From NCBI GenBank assembly GCA_913064945.1, contig CAJYAN010000008.1, forward strand, positions 7,440-71,439: a DNA stretch of 64,000 bases, read 5' to 3'. Below the pieces are notes generated by a model, which searched no databases, was not told where the DNA came from, and saw only the letters and a list, made by a program, of their open reading frames with translations. A program made the position numbers and the translations under genes. Shown piece by piece: positions 53,535-63,758 of the stretch (position 1 is its first letter; the number at the start of each line of letters is the position of its first letter). This stretch comes from an uncultured Gammaproteobacteria bacterium. GTDB lineage: Bacteria; Pseudomonadota; Gammaproteobacteria; UBA6429; Thiohalophilaceae.

Positions 53535-54116
53535 TTGCAGGTTATGCCCATGTGGAAGTTCAGCTCACTTATTAGATTATTTTTCATGGCAGGCCTTGGC
53601 CTACTCGTGATTGGCTGCGCACCGCCGGTCTATAATGTACAACGTACTTCTACACCCCCACCCGCCTTACCATCGGTGACGCTCTATTTCTATCCTAATA
53701 AAGGTCAGTCACCTGAACAGCAGGAACGCGACCGCTATGAGTGTTATCAGTGGGCGGTCAAGCAAACGGGATATGACCCCGGTCGGGCACAACTCGCACC
53801 GCACCAGCGTATCGAAGTACGCTCGGCAACCCCGCCGGGTTCCGATACCGCCGCTGGTGCCGTTGCGGGTGCTGTCATCGGTTCCATGCTGTCACCACGC
53901 CATGACCGGGGACAGGGACTGGTGTTTGGCGCTATCACCGGTGCCATAATGGGCAGCGCCTCGGAGCAGGCCAAACAGGAGCAGGCGGCCAGAATGGAGC
54001 AGCAATATAACGACAATATGAATGCCGAACAGTATGCCAATTTAGAACAGCAGGCGCGCAACTATCGTCGTGCCATGACCGCCTGCCTTGAAGGCCGTAA
54101 TTATACGGTTCGATAA
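53535..54116 (+). CDS. Lipoprotein with a glycine-zipper insert and a 2-Cys module shared with the next gene
   Basis: Lipobox LLVIGC. Gly-zipper segment AAGAVAGAVIGSML...GLVFGAITGAIMG. The flanking halves YFYPNKGQSPEQQERDRYECYQWAVKQTGYDPG and YRRAMTACLEGRNYTV recur in the next ORF. The true start is probably an internal Met (MWKF...). Confidence 0.7.
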   Translation: MQVMPMWKFSSLIRLFFMAGLGLLVIGCAPPVYNVQRTSTPPPALPSVTLYFYPNKGQSPEQQERDRYECYQWAVKQTGYDPGRAQLAPHQRIEVRSATPPGSDTAAGAVAGAVIGSMLSPRHDRGQGLVFGAITGAIMGSASEQAKQEQAARMEQQYNDNMNAEQYANLEQQARNYRRAMTACLEGRNYTVR

Positions 54117-54155
54117 ACGCTCGCTAATCGATACAGCTCCGCAAGGAAATAGACA

Positions 54156-54902
54156 ATGGACAGCCCGCGGTCAATGAAACAGTTACTTTTATTGCTCAGC
54201 CTGATCGGCATAATGACATCGACGGCGGTTGCCGACCGGCGCTATGAACGTGATGAGCGGCATGACAATCGTCGCAGCTTTCACAGCGACAGACAATTTG
54301 AACGTCGTGACCGAATTGACCGTGTTGAGCATATCCCGGAAGGTTATCGGCTGGATAAACGCTACCGGTCGGACCGTTACTATCCCCGCCCTGGCTATCG
54401 GGTAAACGTGTTACCGTCACGGCATTATATCATCCGTTATCACGACCGGCCGTATTACTATAGTAGTGGTATCTGGTATGGACGCAGTGGCGGGCTTTTT
54501 GTCGTCACCCGACCACCATTTGGTGTCGTGGCACCCCTGCTACCGCCATTTTACACAACACTCTGGCTGGGTGGGGTCGCTTATTATTATGCCAATGATG
54601 TTTACTATACCTGGCAACCGGAGCGCAACGGCTACGTGGTAACAAACCCGCCGACAAATCTATCTCAGGAGAAACTGGTTCCACAGACAGACAAGCTGTT
54701 CATCTACCCGAAAAAGTCACAAAGTGTACAACAACAGGCAAATGATAAATATGAATGTCATCGCTGGGGTGTTAAGCAAACCGGCTATGACCCAAGTCAA
54801 CCTCCCGACAACCTGGCGCAGGATATCCTGGCACAAAAACATATGGCCTACCAGAATGCCATGAAGGCGTGCCTGGAAGGACGTGGTTATAGCGTGGAGT
54901 GA
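54156..54902 (+). CDS. Secreted Arg/Asp/Tyr-rich protein of unknown function, C-terminal 2-Cys module
   Basis: Has a signal peptide, then the low-complexity stretch DRRYERDERHDNRR...RYRSDRYYPRPGYRV, then a Tyr/Pro-rich repeat region. The C-terminus is IYPKKSQSVQQQANDKYECHRWGVKQTGYDPSQ...YQNAMKACLEGRGYSVE. SD sequence AAGGAAA. Confidence 0.7.
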   Translation: MDSPRSMKQLLLLLSLIGIMTSTAVADRRYERDERHDNRRSFHSDRQFERRDRIDRVEHIPEGYRLDKRYRSDRYYPRPGYRVNVLPSRHYIIRYHDRPYYYSSGIWYGRSGGLFVVTRPPFGVVAPLLPPFYTTLWLGGVAYYYANDVYYTWQPERNGYVVTNPPTNLSQEKLVPQTDKLFIYPKKSQSVQQQANDKYECHRWGVKQTGYDPSQPPDNLAQDILAQKHMAYQNAMKACLEGRGYSVE

Positions 54903-54935
54903 TGATTGTGATCTAGTCCGGCGACCGACAAGATT

Positions 54936-56009
54936 TTATAACCAGCCTCGTCTGCGAAAAAACACCAGCATCACTACAGCGATAGCGAACATCAGACCCA
55001 TTACCAATGGATAGCCAAAATGCCAGCCGAGTTCCGGCATATTCCAGCGGCTCACGTTGCGATCGAAGTTCATACCATAGACGCCAACGATGAACGTCAG
55101 CGGTATAAAAATAGTAGCAATCACGGTCAGGACGCGCATAATGTCATTCATGCGATTGCTAATACTCGACAGATAAATATCCAGCATACTACCCGTCATA
55201 TCACGATAGGTCTCCAGTAAGTCCATTACCTGAATGGTATGGTCGTAACAGTCACGCAAATAAACATGGGTATCTTCGCGTACCTGGGAATGGTCATCGC
55301 GGAGTAACTGGTTAATCACCTCGCGTTGCGGCCATAACATTCGGCGTAAAAGAATCAGTTCACGTTTGACAATATGAATTTTTTCCAGAGTGTCACGGCT
55401 GGCGACATCCAGAATTTGATCCTCCAGACTTTCCATTTGCAGTCCAAAACTCTCCAGTACCGGAAAACCACGGTCTATCACGACATCAAGCACACTATAT
55501 AATAGAAAATCAGTGCCGCGTGGACGTAAGCGGCTGCTCTTATCCTGCAGGCGTTTGACAATTGATTCAAAGGGCGCGAAGTCCCCTTCACAGAAACTGA
55601 TCAGGAAATGCTTGCTTAGAAAGAGACTCACTTGTTGGACTTCGACTAAACCTTTATCCATGAGCGGCATACTCATAATGATAAACAACTGATCATCAAA
55701 GGCCTCCACCTTAGGCCGCTGCCCTGTATTCAGGACATCTTCCAGTGCCAGCGGATGTAGATTGAAAGCCGTACCGAGTTCACGCAGTGCGGCCTCACCG
55801 GGTCGCCCCTGGACATGGACCCAGGTATTACTGTCACGCTGCAAGTAGGGTCGGCAGTCTGCGGTATTGACGTCCTGCCTGACGGTAACCTCCTCTGCGC
55901 TATAATCCACCACATGAATTTTCAGTGGCATCATTTCAATAGTGCGTGACTCGGTTAATGTTCCTGGTGGTGTGCCAGGCGGGTGATAACGTTTTGTAAA
56001 AAAGGCCAT
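54936..56009 (-). CDS. corA: Magnesium/cobalt transporter CorA
   Basis: YGMNF signature (GVYGMNFDRN) before the last TM helix. I chose the ATG at MAFFTKRY with GAGGGGA upstream. The track form adds 21 residues that look unlikely. Confidence 0.9.
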   Translation of the reverse strand: MAFFTKRYHPPGTPPGTLTESRTIEMMPLKIHVVDYSAEEVTVRQDVNTADCRPYLQRDSNTWVHVQGRPGEAALRELGTAFNLHPLALEDVLNTGQRPKVEAFDDQLFIIMSMPLMDKGLVEVQQVSLFLSKHFLISFCEGDFAPFESIVKRLQDKSSRLRPRGTDFLLYSVLDVVIDRGFPVLESFGLQMESLEDQILDVASRDTLEKIHIVKRELILLRRMLWPQREVINQLLRDDHSQVREDTHVYLRDCYDHTIQVMDLLETYRDMTGSMLDIYLSSISNRMNDIMRVLTVIATIFIPLTFIVGVYGMNFDRNVSRWNMPELGWHFGYPLVMGLMFAIAVVMLVFFRRRGWL

Positions 56010-56227
56010 GTTGTGTCCCCTCTGGTAGTCAGACATTCGAACTAAAACGATGACAGCGCAGAACGCGTTCACTTAACACCTGTTCTGCGAGTTTGCCACA
56101 CGGAGCTTTGATGGTGACACCTGCAATTGTCACCGACTGAGCCTCCGCTAAGCCATCAGCCCTGGTGTCAGCCGTAGCGGTTTAGTACGCGCTATCTGTC
56201 TGACACTCGCCGCATCGCTGTTGATGA

Positions 56228-58156
56228 TTACAAACCTACCTGTAGACCGAGTTCCAGGACGCGTTCTTCCGGCAGGCGATAATAGGCCGTGGCTCGGGCA
56301 GCATTACGAGACAGCCAGACAAAAATCTTTTCCTGCCAATAAGGCAGACCGGGCAAGTCGCGCCGGGCAATGAGCGTTTCACGCGCCAGGATATAGATCA
56401 CCGTCTCAGTATCGATCTGTAGACCGACATGCTCGCAAAATTTTAAGGCGACCGGGATATTCATGACCTGTGAGAAGCCATAGTGCACTTGCAGGCGTAA
56501 CACGCCCAGTCCCAGCTCCTTAAGCACCAGTCGTTCTGCCGCCGGGACATGTGGTTGGTCGGCAATGATCACCGTGAGAAATATGACGCGTTCGTGCAAG
56601 ACCTGCGTACAGGCCATATGATGAAGCAAAGCCGCTGGAACGGAAGACTCATCTGAACCTGTCAGCACCACGGCGGTGCCTGGTACACGATAAGGCGGGT
56701 CCTTTTCAATTTGCTGCAGGAATGCCTCCTGACTAATGGCCCGCGCCGTTAATCGTGACGCCAGTAATGACCGTCCCGCACGCCAGCTCATCATGAGAGT
56801 GAAAATCACGCCGGCAATCAATAATGCATACCAGCCGCCTTCCGGAATCTTCGTCAAGTTTGCGCCCAAAAATGCGCTATCGATAATAATGAATACGACA
56901 CCTGCACCAAGCGCGAGGACTGGCCGCCAGCCAAAGCGCCATGCGACGGCCACGGCCAGCAACGTCGTTACCACCATATCCAGCGAGACGGCGACACCGT
57001 AGGCAGACGCCATGGCGCTGGAGCTGCCAAAACCAATCACCAGTGCCAGGCAGGCCACCATCAATAACCAGTTAATCAAAGGCAGATAGACCTGGCCGGA
57101 TTCTTCTGCCTGGGGATAGACCACACGCATGCGAGGCAACTGGCCGAGCTGGATCGCCTGACGGGTAAGCGAAAAGGTACCACTGATAACCGCCTGAGAG
57201 GCAATGATCGTCGCCACGGTTGCCAGCACTACCAGCGGTATGGCAGCCCATTCAGGCGCCAGTTGAAAAAAAGGCGCCTGAATGGCCGCCGGTGTGTGTA
57301 TCAGAAGCGCTGTCTGACCAAGATAATTTAAAAGCAGTGCTGGAAAAACGATCAAAAACCAGGCACGCCGAATGGGTGTAACACCAAAATGTCCCAGGTC
57401 AGCATATAATGCCTCTCCCCCCGTTACGACAAGAAAAACAGCTCCCAGTGTCAAAAAGCCGGTAACGCCATTTTGAACAAAAAACATGACCGCGTACCAG
57501 GGATTGAAGGCCACGAGTACCCCCGGCTCCATAACAATACCGCGTATTCCCAGAAGCGCCAATACGGCGAACCAGACCAGCATGACGGGTCCGAAAAAGC
57601 GGCCAATCTGACTACTACCGTGCTTTTGTACTGCAAACAGGCCAATGAGAATAATAATCGTTAGCGGGATAATATATTCTCCCAGCGCCGGCGCAGCGAC
57701 ATGTAGTCCTTCGACGGCACTCAACACTGAAATTGCGGGGGTGATCGTACCATCACCATACAGCAGACAGGCACCAAACAGGCCCATTAGCATTAACCAG
57801 TAACGGCCTTGCCCTGGCTGACTACGCCAGGGATTGAGTAACGCGACCAGGGCGATGATACCGCCCTCGCCCTGATTATTGGCACGAAGCACAAAGACCA
57901 GGTACTTGATGGAAATAACCAGGATTAACGACCACATAATCAGCGATAACACGCCTAATAGCTCAGGGCGGTCAAGTGATGGTCCGCTACTACTGGCGAA
58001 ACTTTCACGTAAGGCATAGAGTGGACTGGTACCAATATCACCAAACACCACTCCGAGGGCGGCCAGTAAGGCAAACCGATTCGCTGTCGGGGATTCTGCG
58101 GCTTCAACGCTATTATTCATTTTGTTGTTGTCCTTAAGCATGTCACTCACCAGCAT
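56228..58156 (-). CDS. kup: KUP/HAK/KT-family potassium transporter
   Basis: 642 aa. N-terminal signature LGVVFGDIGTSPLY, 12 TM helices and a cytosolic C-terminal domain. The exact start Met is uncertain. Confidence 0.92.
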   Translation of the reverse strand: MLVSDMLKDNNKMNNSVEAAESPTANRFALLAALGVVFGDIGTSPLYALRESFASSSGPSLDRPELLGVLSLIMWSLILVISIKYLVFVLRANNQGEGGIIALVALLNPWRSQPGQGRYWLMLMGLFGACLLYGDGTITPAISVLSAVEGLHVAAPALGEYIIPLTIIILIGLFAVQKHGSSQIGRFFGPVMLVWFAVLALLGIRGIVMEPGVLVAFNPWYAVMFFVQNGVTGFLTLGAVFLVVTGGEALYADLGHFGVTPIRRAWFLIVFPALLLNYLGQTALLIHTPAAIQAPFFQLAPEWAAIPLVVLATVATIIASQAVISGTFSLTRQAIQLGQLPRMRVVYPQAEESGQVYLPLINWLLMVACLALVIGFGSSSAMASAYGVAVSLDMVVTTLLAVAVAWRFGWRPVLALGAGVVFIIIDSAFLGANLTKIPEGGWYALLIAGVIFTLMMSWRAGRSLLASRLTARAISQEAFLQQIEKDPPYRVPGTAVVLTGSDESSVPAALLHHMACTQVLHERVIFLTVIIADQPHVPAAERLVLKELGLGVLRLQVHYGFSQVMNIPVALKFCEHVGLQIDTETVIYILARETLIARRDLPGLPYWQEKIFVWLSRNAARATAYYRLPEERVLELGLQVGL

Positions 58157-58410
58157 GTGGAAAGCATTGTCTATCAGTCAGCGCCAAGTATGAACGATTC
58201 ATGTTCATCCGGGGAGTCTCTCCGAACATAATTATGACATTAATTCTGCTATCGGCCATGGGAGGCAAACCGGACGATCACACGGTCTACTTGAAGCGCG
58301 CCTGTGGTATAAAATTGCAGGCGGTCCGCATGCACAGCGTGCGTAATTCGATACTGGTGCGAGTCGTTAAAATAGTGCTGAATAGCGAACTATCATTTTT
58401 AGACATCCAT

Positions 58411-58442
58411 AAAAAAACAACCGACCCAGGATGGGCCGGCTG
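58411..58442 (-). terminator. Rho-independent terminator after the phosphoesterase gene
   Basis: The minus-strand RNA cagccggccc-auccu-gggucgguug forms a 10-bp stem that includes two G-U pairs. A U7 run follows, 21 bp after the stop codon. Confidence 0.8.
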
Positions 58443-58463
58443 TCATCGATCAGGCAAAATCTG

Positions 58464-60278
58464 TTATCTGTCCATCCGAACAGACTGAGAATGTTGTCTG
58501 TCTGCTGTCTCAGCGCCGTGTTCATGCTGCCGGTGTGAAAAATCAAACATATTCATCAGATCGCCGATAGCCGGGGCATTGACCGGTTTATAAGGATGGT
58601 GATGACTCGCAACCGGATTGGGCAGGTTGTCACGACTACGTGCAGACAATGGTGCCAGTCCCCAGTTGCGTTCTATGAACTTTAATACCGAGGCATGATC
58701 ATAATAAGTATGATCGACATAGCCTTTTTTGGCATAGGGTGAAACCGCGATCATTGGAATGCGGGTACCATCACCAAAAAAGTCGATGGGTTGAATATAA
58801 CCTGAGTCGTAATAGCCACCGCCCTCGTCAGTCGTAATTAGAATTGCCGTTTTCGCCCAAAGCGCCTGATTTTTTTGCACACGCTTGATGAGATCGGTGA
58901 CAAATTCTTCGTATTTCGCTGTTGTCGCATTTGCCGGATGCCCGGCCATACTCTCATAAGGACGAACAAAGGCCACGGCCGGTAAGCTGTTTTTGGCAAC
59001 ATCACGATAGAACTGCTCAACTCCCTGTAGGTTCTCCTTGAGCGAGGTCGTCATGATGCTGCTAAAGCCCGTCAATGGGTCGCATATACCACAGTATTCA
59101 TTGGTTGGTGCGGCATTGGCGATGCGACCGCCGCTGTAGTACTTCCAGCCAATATTACTGGCGGCAAGGGCATCGGCAATAGTCGGTATCGTCTGAGGCG
59201 GCAGAGTAAACTTGTCAGCACCGAGTGCAGCCGGGGTACCATCATACGAATATCCCAAATTGTAGTTGTTAACTAAATAGTATGTATCCGCCGCACAATT
59301 ACCCCTATTAAAAGGTTTGTAAGGTAGAGAATGCAAGTAGGTCTTAATGACACCAACACCAGGGTTGGCATCATCCGCACAATTAACATAGGAACCACCG
59401 CGATAACCATCTTCTGTATACCAGTTATTGAGGCCAGGTTGCGGGTCAGGGTTTTCAATTTGATTGGCTGGTGGAATATCGGGCCGGCCATTAGCAGTAT
59501 GGAAGCCCACGTCACCAGTTACCAGGGCGATAAAATTGGCACCGGTACCACCCATAATGGCCTGATGATAATTATCACTAATGGCAAAGTTGTCCGCCAA
59601 GGACTTGAACGCGGCGGCATCCCCCGTGCTCATGTTATAAAAACCCATAGACTCACCGCCTTGGTCCGGTTGCGTCGGTGTGGGTGAAAAATAGGCATTA
59701 CTTGGTCCAATACTGGCAGTGGTTGCGACCCATGGAAACAGGTCATGACGTCCCTTGTCATACTGCTGCCACATCTGGAAAAAACGATGCATAGGATCAC
59801 CTGTGTGCGAGGCATAAGGGACATAATGGGTAATCTGAAAAGGCCCATTCGGCAGGTCTGCGGGAAAACGTGTGTCAGGAACATTGGCAGGCAAACCAGT
59901 TGCATAGGTGGTATTTGGCTGTGGAAGAATCGCATAGGCCCCGGTCTGCGGCGGATCAATTCGATAAACATCTGTATCGCTGGCCTGTTGTTGTGCGGCT
60001 AATGAAAAGTTAATGCCGGGTGTGCCATCGGGATTGATAATACCCCTGGAGAGTAAGTTATCAATAGACTGACCGTGGACTGGTTGATAGCCGCCGAAGA
60101 TATTATCAAAGGTATGATTTTCGCCAATGACCACAATAAGATGTTCGATTGGTGTCTTTGTCCGGTTTTCGTTCTTCTCATTGTCCATCGCAAACGCGAG
60201 TGGTGATAATAACGTCTGGCTCAGTAGAGCCAGACTTACAACGGCGGACACGGTTTTTCGTAGCTGTAGTGTTTTCAT
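58464..60278 (-). CDS. Secreted phosphoesterase-family protein (phospholipase C / AcpA-type acid phosphatase family)
   Basis: 604 aa with a signal peptide. The N-terminal motif IEHLIVVIGENHTFDNIFG and the later ILITTDEGGGYYD are typical of the phosphoesterase family. Confidence 0.8.
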   Translation of the reverse strand: MKTLQLRKTVSAVVSLALLSQTLLSPLAFAMDNEKNENRTKTPIEHLIVVIGENHTFDNIFGGYQPVHGQSIDNLLSRGIINPDGTPGINFSLAAQQQASDTDVYRIDPPQTGAYAILPQPNTTYATGLPANVPDTRFPADLPNGPFQITHYVPYASHTGDPMHRFFQMWQQYDKGRHDLFPWVATTASIGPSNAYFSPTPTQPDQGGESMGFYNMSTGDAAAFKSLADNFAISDNYHQAIMGGTGANFIALVTGDVGFHTANGRPDIPPANQIENPDPQPGLNNWYTEDGYRGGSYVNCADDANPGVGVIKTYLHSLPYKPFNRGNCAADTYYLVNNYNLGYSYDGTPAALGADKFTLPPQTIPTIADALAASNIGWKYYSGGRIANAAPTNEYCGICDPLTGFSSIMTTSLKENLQGVEQFYRDVAKNSLPAVAFVRPYESMAGHPANATTAKYEEFVTDLIKRVQKNQALWAKTAILITTDEGGGYYDSGYIQPIDFFGDGTRIPMIAVSPYAKKGYVDHTYYDHASVLKFIERNWGLAPLSARSRDNLPNPVASHHHPYKPVNAPAIGDLMNMFDFSHRQHEHGAETADRQHSQSVRMDR

Positions 60279-60551
60279 AGAACGCTCCTGTTCTGTTTGA
60301 TATCAATAAGTGGAATCAGACCGACACATGATGAATCGGTGAGTTAGGAGTTTTATCGATATCTATGACAAGACCGTGTCAAACACATGACGAATTTTTA
60401 GCAATTTAATGACGCCACTCATTAGCAGGCTAATATCCTATGCAGTCAAATCGAGTGGTGCTGACGTGTAAAATTAATTGCAGCGTAAAATATGTTATGG
60501 GATATAAGCGGGAAAAATAAAATTAATACTTATGGATAATGCCAGGGCAAG

Positions 60552-62651
60552 CTAGGGATACAGCCATGGCTTCGGTCGATCGATAACATAGCCCTGAGCA
60601 TAATCGACACCGATTTCTTTTAATTTTTCCAGCACCTGTTCATTCTCGGCAAACTCGGCAATGGTTTTCAGTCCCATGACGTGCCCGACATTATTAATCG
60701 CTTCCACCATTGAATACCCAACAGGGTCATTATGGATATCCTGGACAAAATTACCGTCGATTTTTAGATATTGGACCGGCAGGTTTTTTAAGTAATAAAA
60801 AGAACTAAGCCCACAACCGAAATCATCCAGTGCAAATTGACAGTTGCGTTCTGTAACGCCATTAATAAGTTTTATTGCATTGCTCATATTCAATATAGCG
60901 GCCGTTTCGGTAACTTCAAAACAGAGATGTTTCGATAGTACAGTGTACTCATCTAAGGCACCCAGTAGAAAATCACTAAAGCTCCTGTCGGCTATTGAGG
61001 CCCCTGAGATATTGATTGAGTAAATTCCCGCAAGCTCATGTCGAGCATGCAGATCAGCAAGTTTCTCCAGCGACTTTTGAATAACCCAACGATCGATTTT
61101 TTGCATTAAATTATAGCGTTCGGCTGCCGGAATAAATGCCATCGGTGGCACAAGGTCTTCGCCATTATCCAGGCGTATGAGTATTTCACTATGACAGTCG
61201 CCGACCAGATCGTCAGAGTTAAGCGCGCGTATTTCCTGAATATAAAGACAAAAATAATTTTCCTGAAAGGCCTGCTGAATTTCATGAACCCAATGCATCT
61301 CGCGATGTTGGTGTGATAGGCCCCGCTCTTCTTCGCGGTAAATGTGCAGTCGGTTTCTGCCTTTGTCCTTGGCGACAAAACAGGCTGAATCTGCCTTACT
61401 CAAGACATCGGCGACATCTCCTGAATTGTTATTCAGCGTGACAATACCAATGCTAACGCCAATCTCAAACATTTTTTCTTTCCAGACAAAGCGATAGTTG
61501 GCAACCGCCTCGCGCACGGTTTCTGCTATCGCAATGCCGCGTTCCAGGCTACAACTTTCCAGTAACAAGCCAAACTCATCGCCGCCAAGACGCGCAATGG
61601 TATCGCCCTCTCGTACGAAAGACTGCATAATATTGGCAATTTGAAGCAACATCGCATCACCGGCGATATGCCCACAGGTATCATTAATAACCTTGAATTG
61701 ATCCAGGTCCATATAACATAGAACATGCGTCACACCCTGTAGTTGACTCTTATTCAGTGCAGTGGCAATACGGTTTTCAAATGCCGCGCGATTGAGCAAG
61801 GCCGTTTGTGCATCATGAGAGGCCTGATAGGCAAGTTTTCGCGCCATTTCCCGAATATGGGTGACGTCATGAATCACCAGGACAACGCCAATAGTGTCCC
61901 CATTTCGATTACGGATTGGCGAGGCGCTATCACGTACGGCAAAGACATGGCCATCCGCCTGTACGATTAAACGAATACTGGCATCCACGATACTCGTACC
62001 GTTACGCAGACACTCTTTAACTGGATTAAAAATCTGTACCGAATCGGCCTCTGCCCGCGGCTGATAGACGTCCTGAATGTTTAAACCCTTGGCGGTCGCA
62101 TGGTTCCAGCCCGTAATCGCGCTTGCCATTGGATTCATATATTCGATGCGGCCATGTAGATCCGTCGTGATCACACCATCGGCAATCGATTTGAGGGTAA
62201 CCTGGGCTTTTTCACGCTCATAATCGAGCGCCTGTTCGATCTGTTTACGGGGGGTAATGTCACGAATAATGCCTTCAATCCCGCCAATACTGCCATCCTT
62301 ATGCTGAAAGTAACGAACATTGATCAGAACCCAGATTCCATGCCCAAGCTTGTGACGTAGTTCGACTTCATAGTTATCAAGAAAGCCATTATCTTCAGAA
62401 AGTCGCCGTAGAAATTCTTCGCGTTTTTCCGGGTGCATGTAGAGTTCACTGATATCCATGCCAATCAGTTCTGACATACTTCGCCCGGTGAGCAACTCGG
62501 CGGAAGGACTGGCGTAGATCAAGTGGCCTGCCGTATCCACACGATAGAGGGTATCGCGCATGGTTTCGATGACCAGCTCTGCATCCTGAGCCGTGAGTTT
62601 GTGCCCCGTTGTGGTGGCCGAGGTCTCGTTTTCAATGTAAGTCGTATTCAT
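60552..62651 (-). CDS. PAS-PAS-GGDEF-EAL signalling protein (c-di-GMP turnover)
   Basis: 699 aa with two PAS-like segments. The GGDEF site is intact (RLGGDEFGLL). The EAL domain reads EILIRL and keeps DDFGCGLSS, LKIDG and AQGY. Confidence 0.9.
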   Translation of the reverse strand: MNTTYIENETSATTTGHKLTAQDAELVIETMRDTLYRVDTAGHLIYASPSAELLTGRSMSELIGMDISELYMHPEKREEFLRRLSEDNGFLDNYEVELRHKLGHGIWVLINVRYFQHKDGSIGGIEGIIRDITPRKQIEQALDYEREKAQVTLKSIADGVITTDLHGRIEYMNPMASAITGWNHATAKGLNIQDVYQPRAEADSVQIFNPVKECLRNGTSIVDASIRLIVQADGHVFAVRDSASPIRNRNGDTIGVVLVIHDVTHIREMARKLAYQASHDAQTALLNRAAFENRIATALNKSQLQGVTHVLCYMDLDQFKVINDTCGHIAGDAMLLQIANIMQSFVREGDTIARLGGDEFGLLLESCSLERGIAIAETVREAVANYRFVWKEKMFEIGVSIGIVTLNNNSGDVADVLSKADSACFVAKDKGRNRLHIYREEERGLSHQHREMHWVHEIQQAFQENYFCLYIQEIRALNSDDLVGDCHSEILIRLDNGEDLVPPMAFIPAAERYNLMQKIDRWVIQKSLEKLADLHARHELAGIYSINISGASIADRSFSDFLLGALDEYTVLSKHLCFEVTETAAILNMSNAIKLINGVTERNCQFALDDFGCGLSSFYYLKNLPVQYLKIDGNFVQDIHNDPVGYSMVEAINNVGHVMGLKTIAEFAENEQVLEKLKEIGVDYAQGYVIDRPKPWLYP

Positions 62652-62942
62652 AATTTCAAGCTGTTGGGGATTGCGGTCAGTGTCTCAAGCACGGTATCGG
62701 CGCTTCATTATCAATATCGAGTTATATCACGCCAACTGCAATAAGGTTAAAGCCAGCCACCGTAAATAGATAGCACTATATTACCCAACCAATTTACTCG
62801 GGCCTGTCCTATTCAGCCAGACATATGCATTGAAGACGGTATGGAATTAAGAATGTAAGTATTAATCAATCACTTAGAATCGCTGACAAGACGTATGCCT
62901 TTGTGATATAGATTAGCGACGAGTCTGGTTAAACTTGTAACG

Positions 62943-63581
62943 TTAACGCGGTGGGTGACGCCGCCAATAACGCAATAATATAAAGCCAAAGAGCATTCCG
63001 CCAAGATGGGCAAAGTGTGCCACCCCGGCCATGGTACCGGTGACGCCGGCCCATAACTCGATGCCACCATAAATGATAACAAACCATTTGGCCGATATTA
63101 CCACGGGGGGAAAGATCAACATCAGTCGCTCATTCGGGTATGTCATCGCAAAGGCCAGTAGTAGACCAAATACGCCGCCCGAGGCACCAATGGTAGGGTA
63201 GATGCCCCCATCACTGGCACCGGCACTCGCAATAAACAATTGCACAAGACCAGCACCAATAACACACACAAAATAGTAAATGGCAAAGGCCCTGGAACCC
63301 CAGACACTCTCCATACGGGTGCCAAATAGCCACAGTGCATACATATTCAGCAGCAGGTGCATGACACCGCCATGCAGGAACGAATAGCTGACCAACTGCC
63401 ATATTTGAAATTGCGGAGCGATTCCAACAAAGACCTCGCTACCCGACAGCCCTAGCGGCCATAACGCCAATGTCTCGATTAATTGATTACTCCCGGCAAA
63501 CATCTGCAGTATAAACATGCCGATATTGAGAATCAGCAGAGTCTGTACAACGGGCATTAGCCCCATAGGACGTCTAAACAT
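62943..63581 (-). CDS. Rhomboid-family intramembrane serine protease
   Basis: 212 aa with 6 TM helices. Catalytic GASGGVFG (GxSG) and the downstream H in AHLGGMLFG. Confidence 0.88.
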   Translation of the reverse strand: MFRRPMGLMPVVQTLLILNIGMFILQMFAGSNQLIETLALWPLGLSGSEVFVGIAPQFQIWQLVSYSFLHGGVMHLLLNMYALWLFGTRMESVWGSRAFAIYYFVCVIGAGLVQLFIASAGASDGGIYPTIGASGGVFGLLLAFAMTYPNERLMLIFPPVVISAKWFVIIYGGIELWAGVTGTMAGVAHFAHLGGMLFGFILLRYWRRHPPR

Positions 63582-63758
63582 ACATCACCATCAGAATTTT
63601 TCTTCCATCACTTTTAGTAATTTTATAGCGTTAAGCCACCAATGCAAATAGTTTGCCTGCGTTAAGTGCAAACATTATTTAGCTTTAAGTGTATGCAATG
63701 AGTAAACTTCATAATGGTATTGAGCGGAGTCACTAACCGCCCCGTTGTCAGCGAGCAC

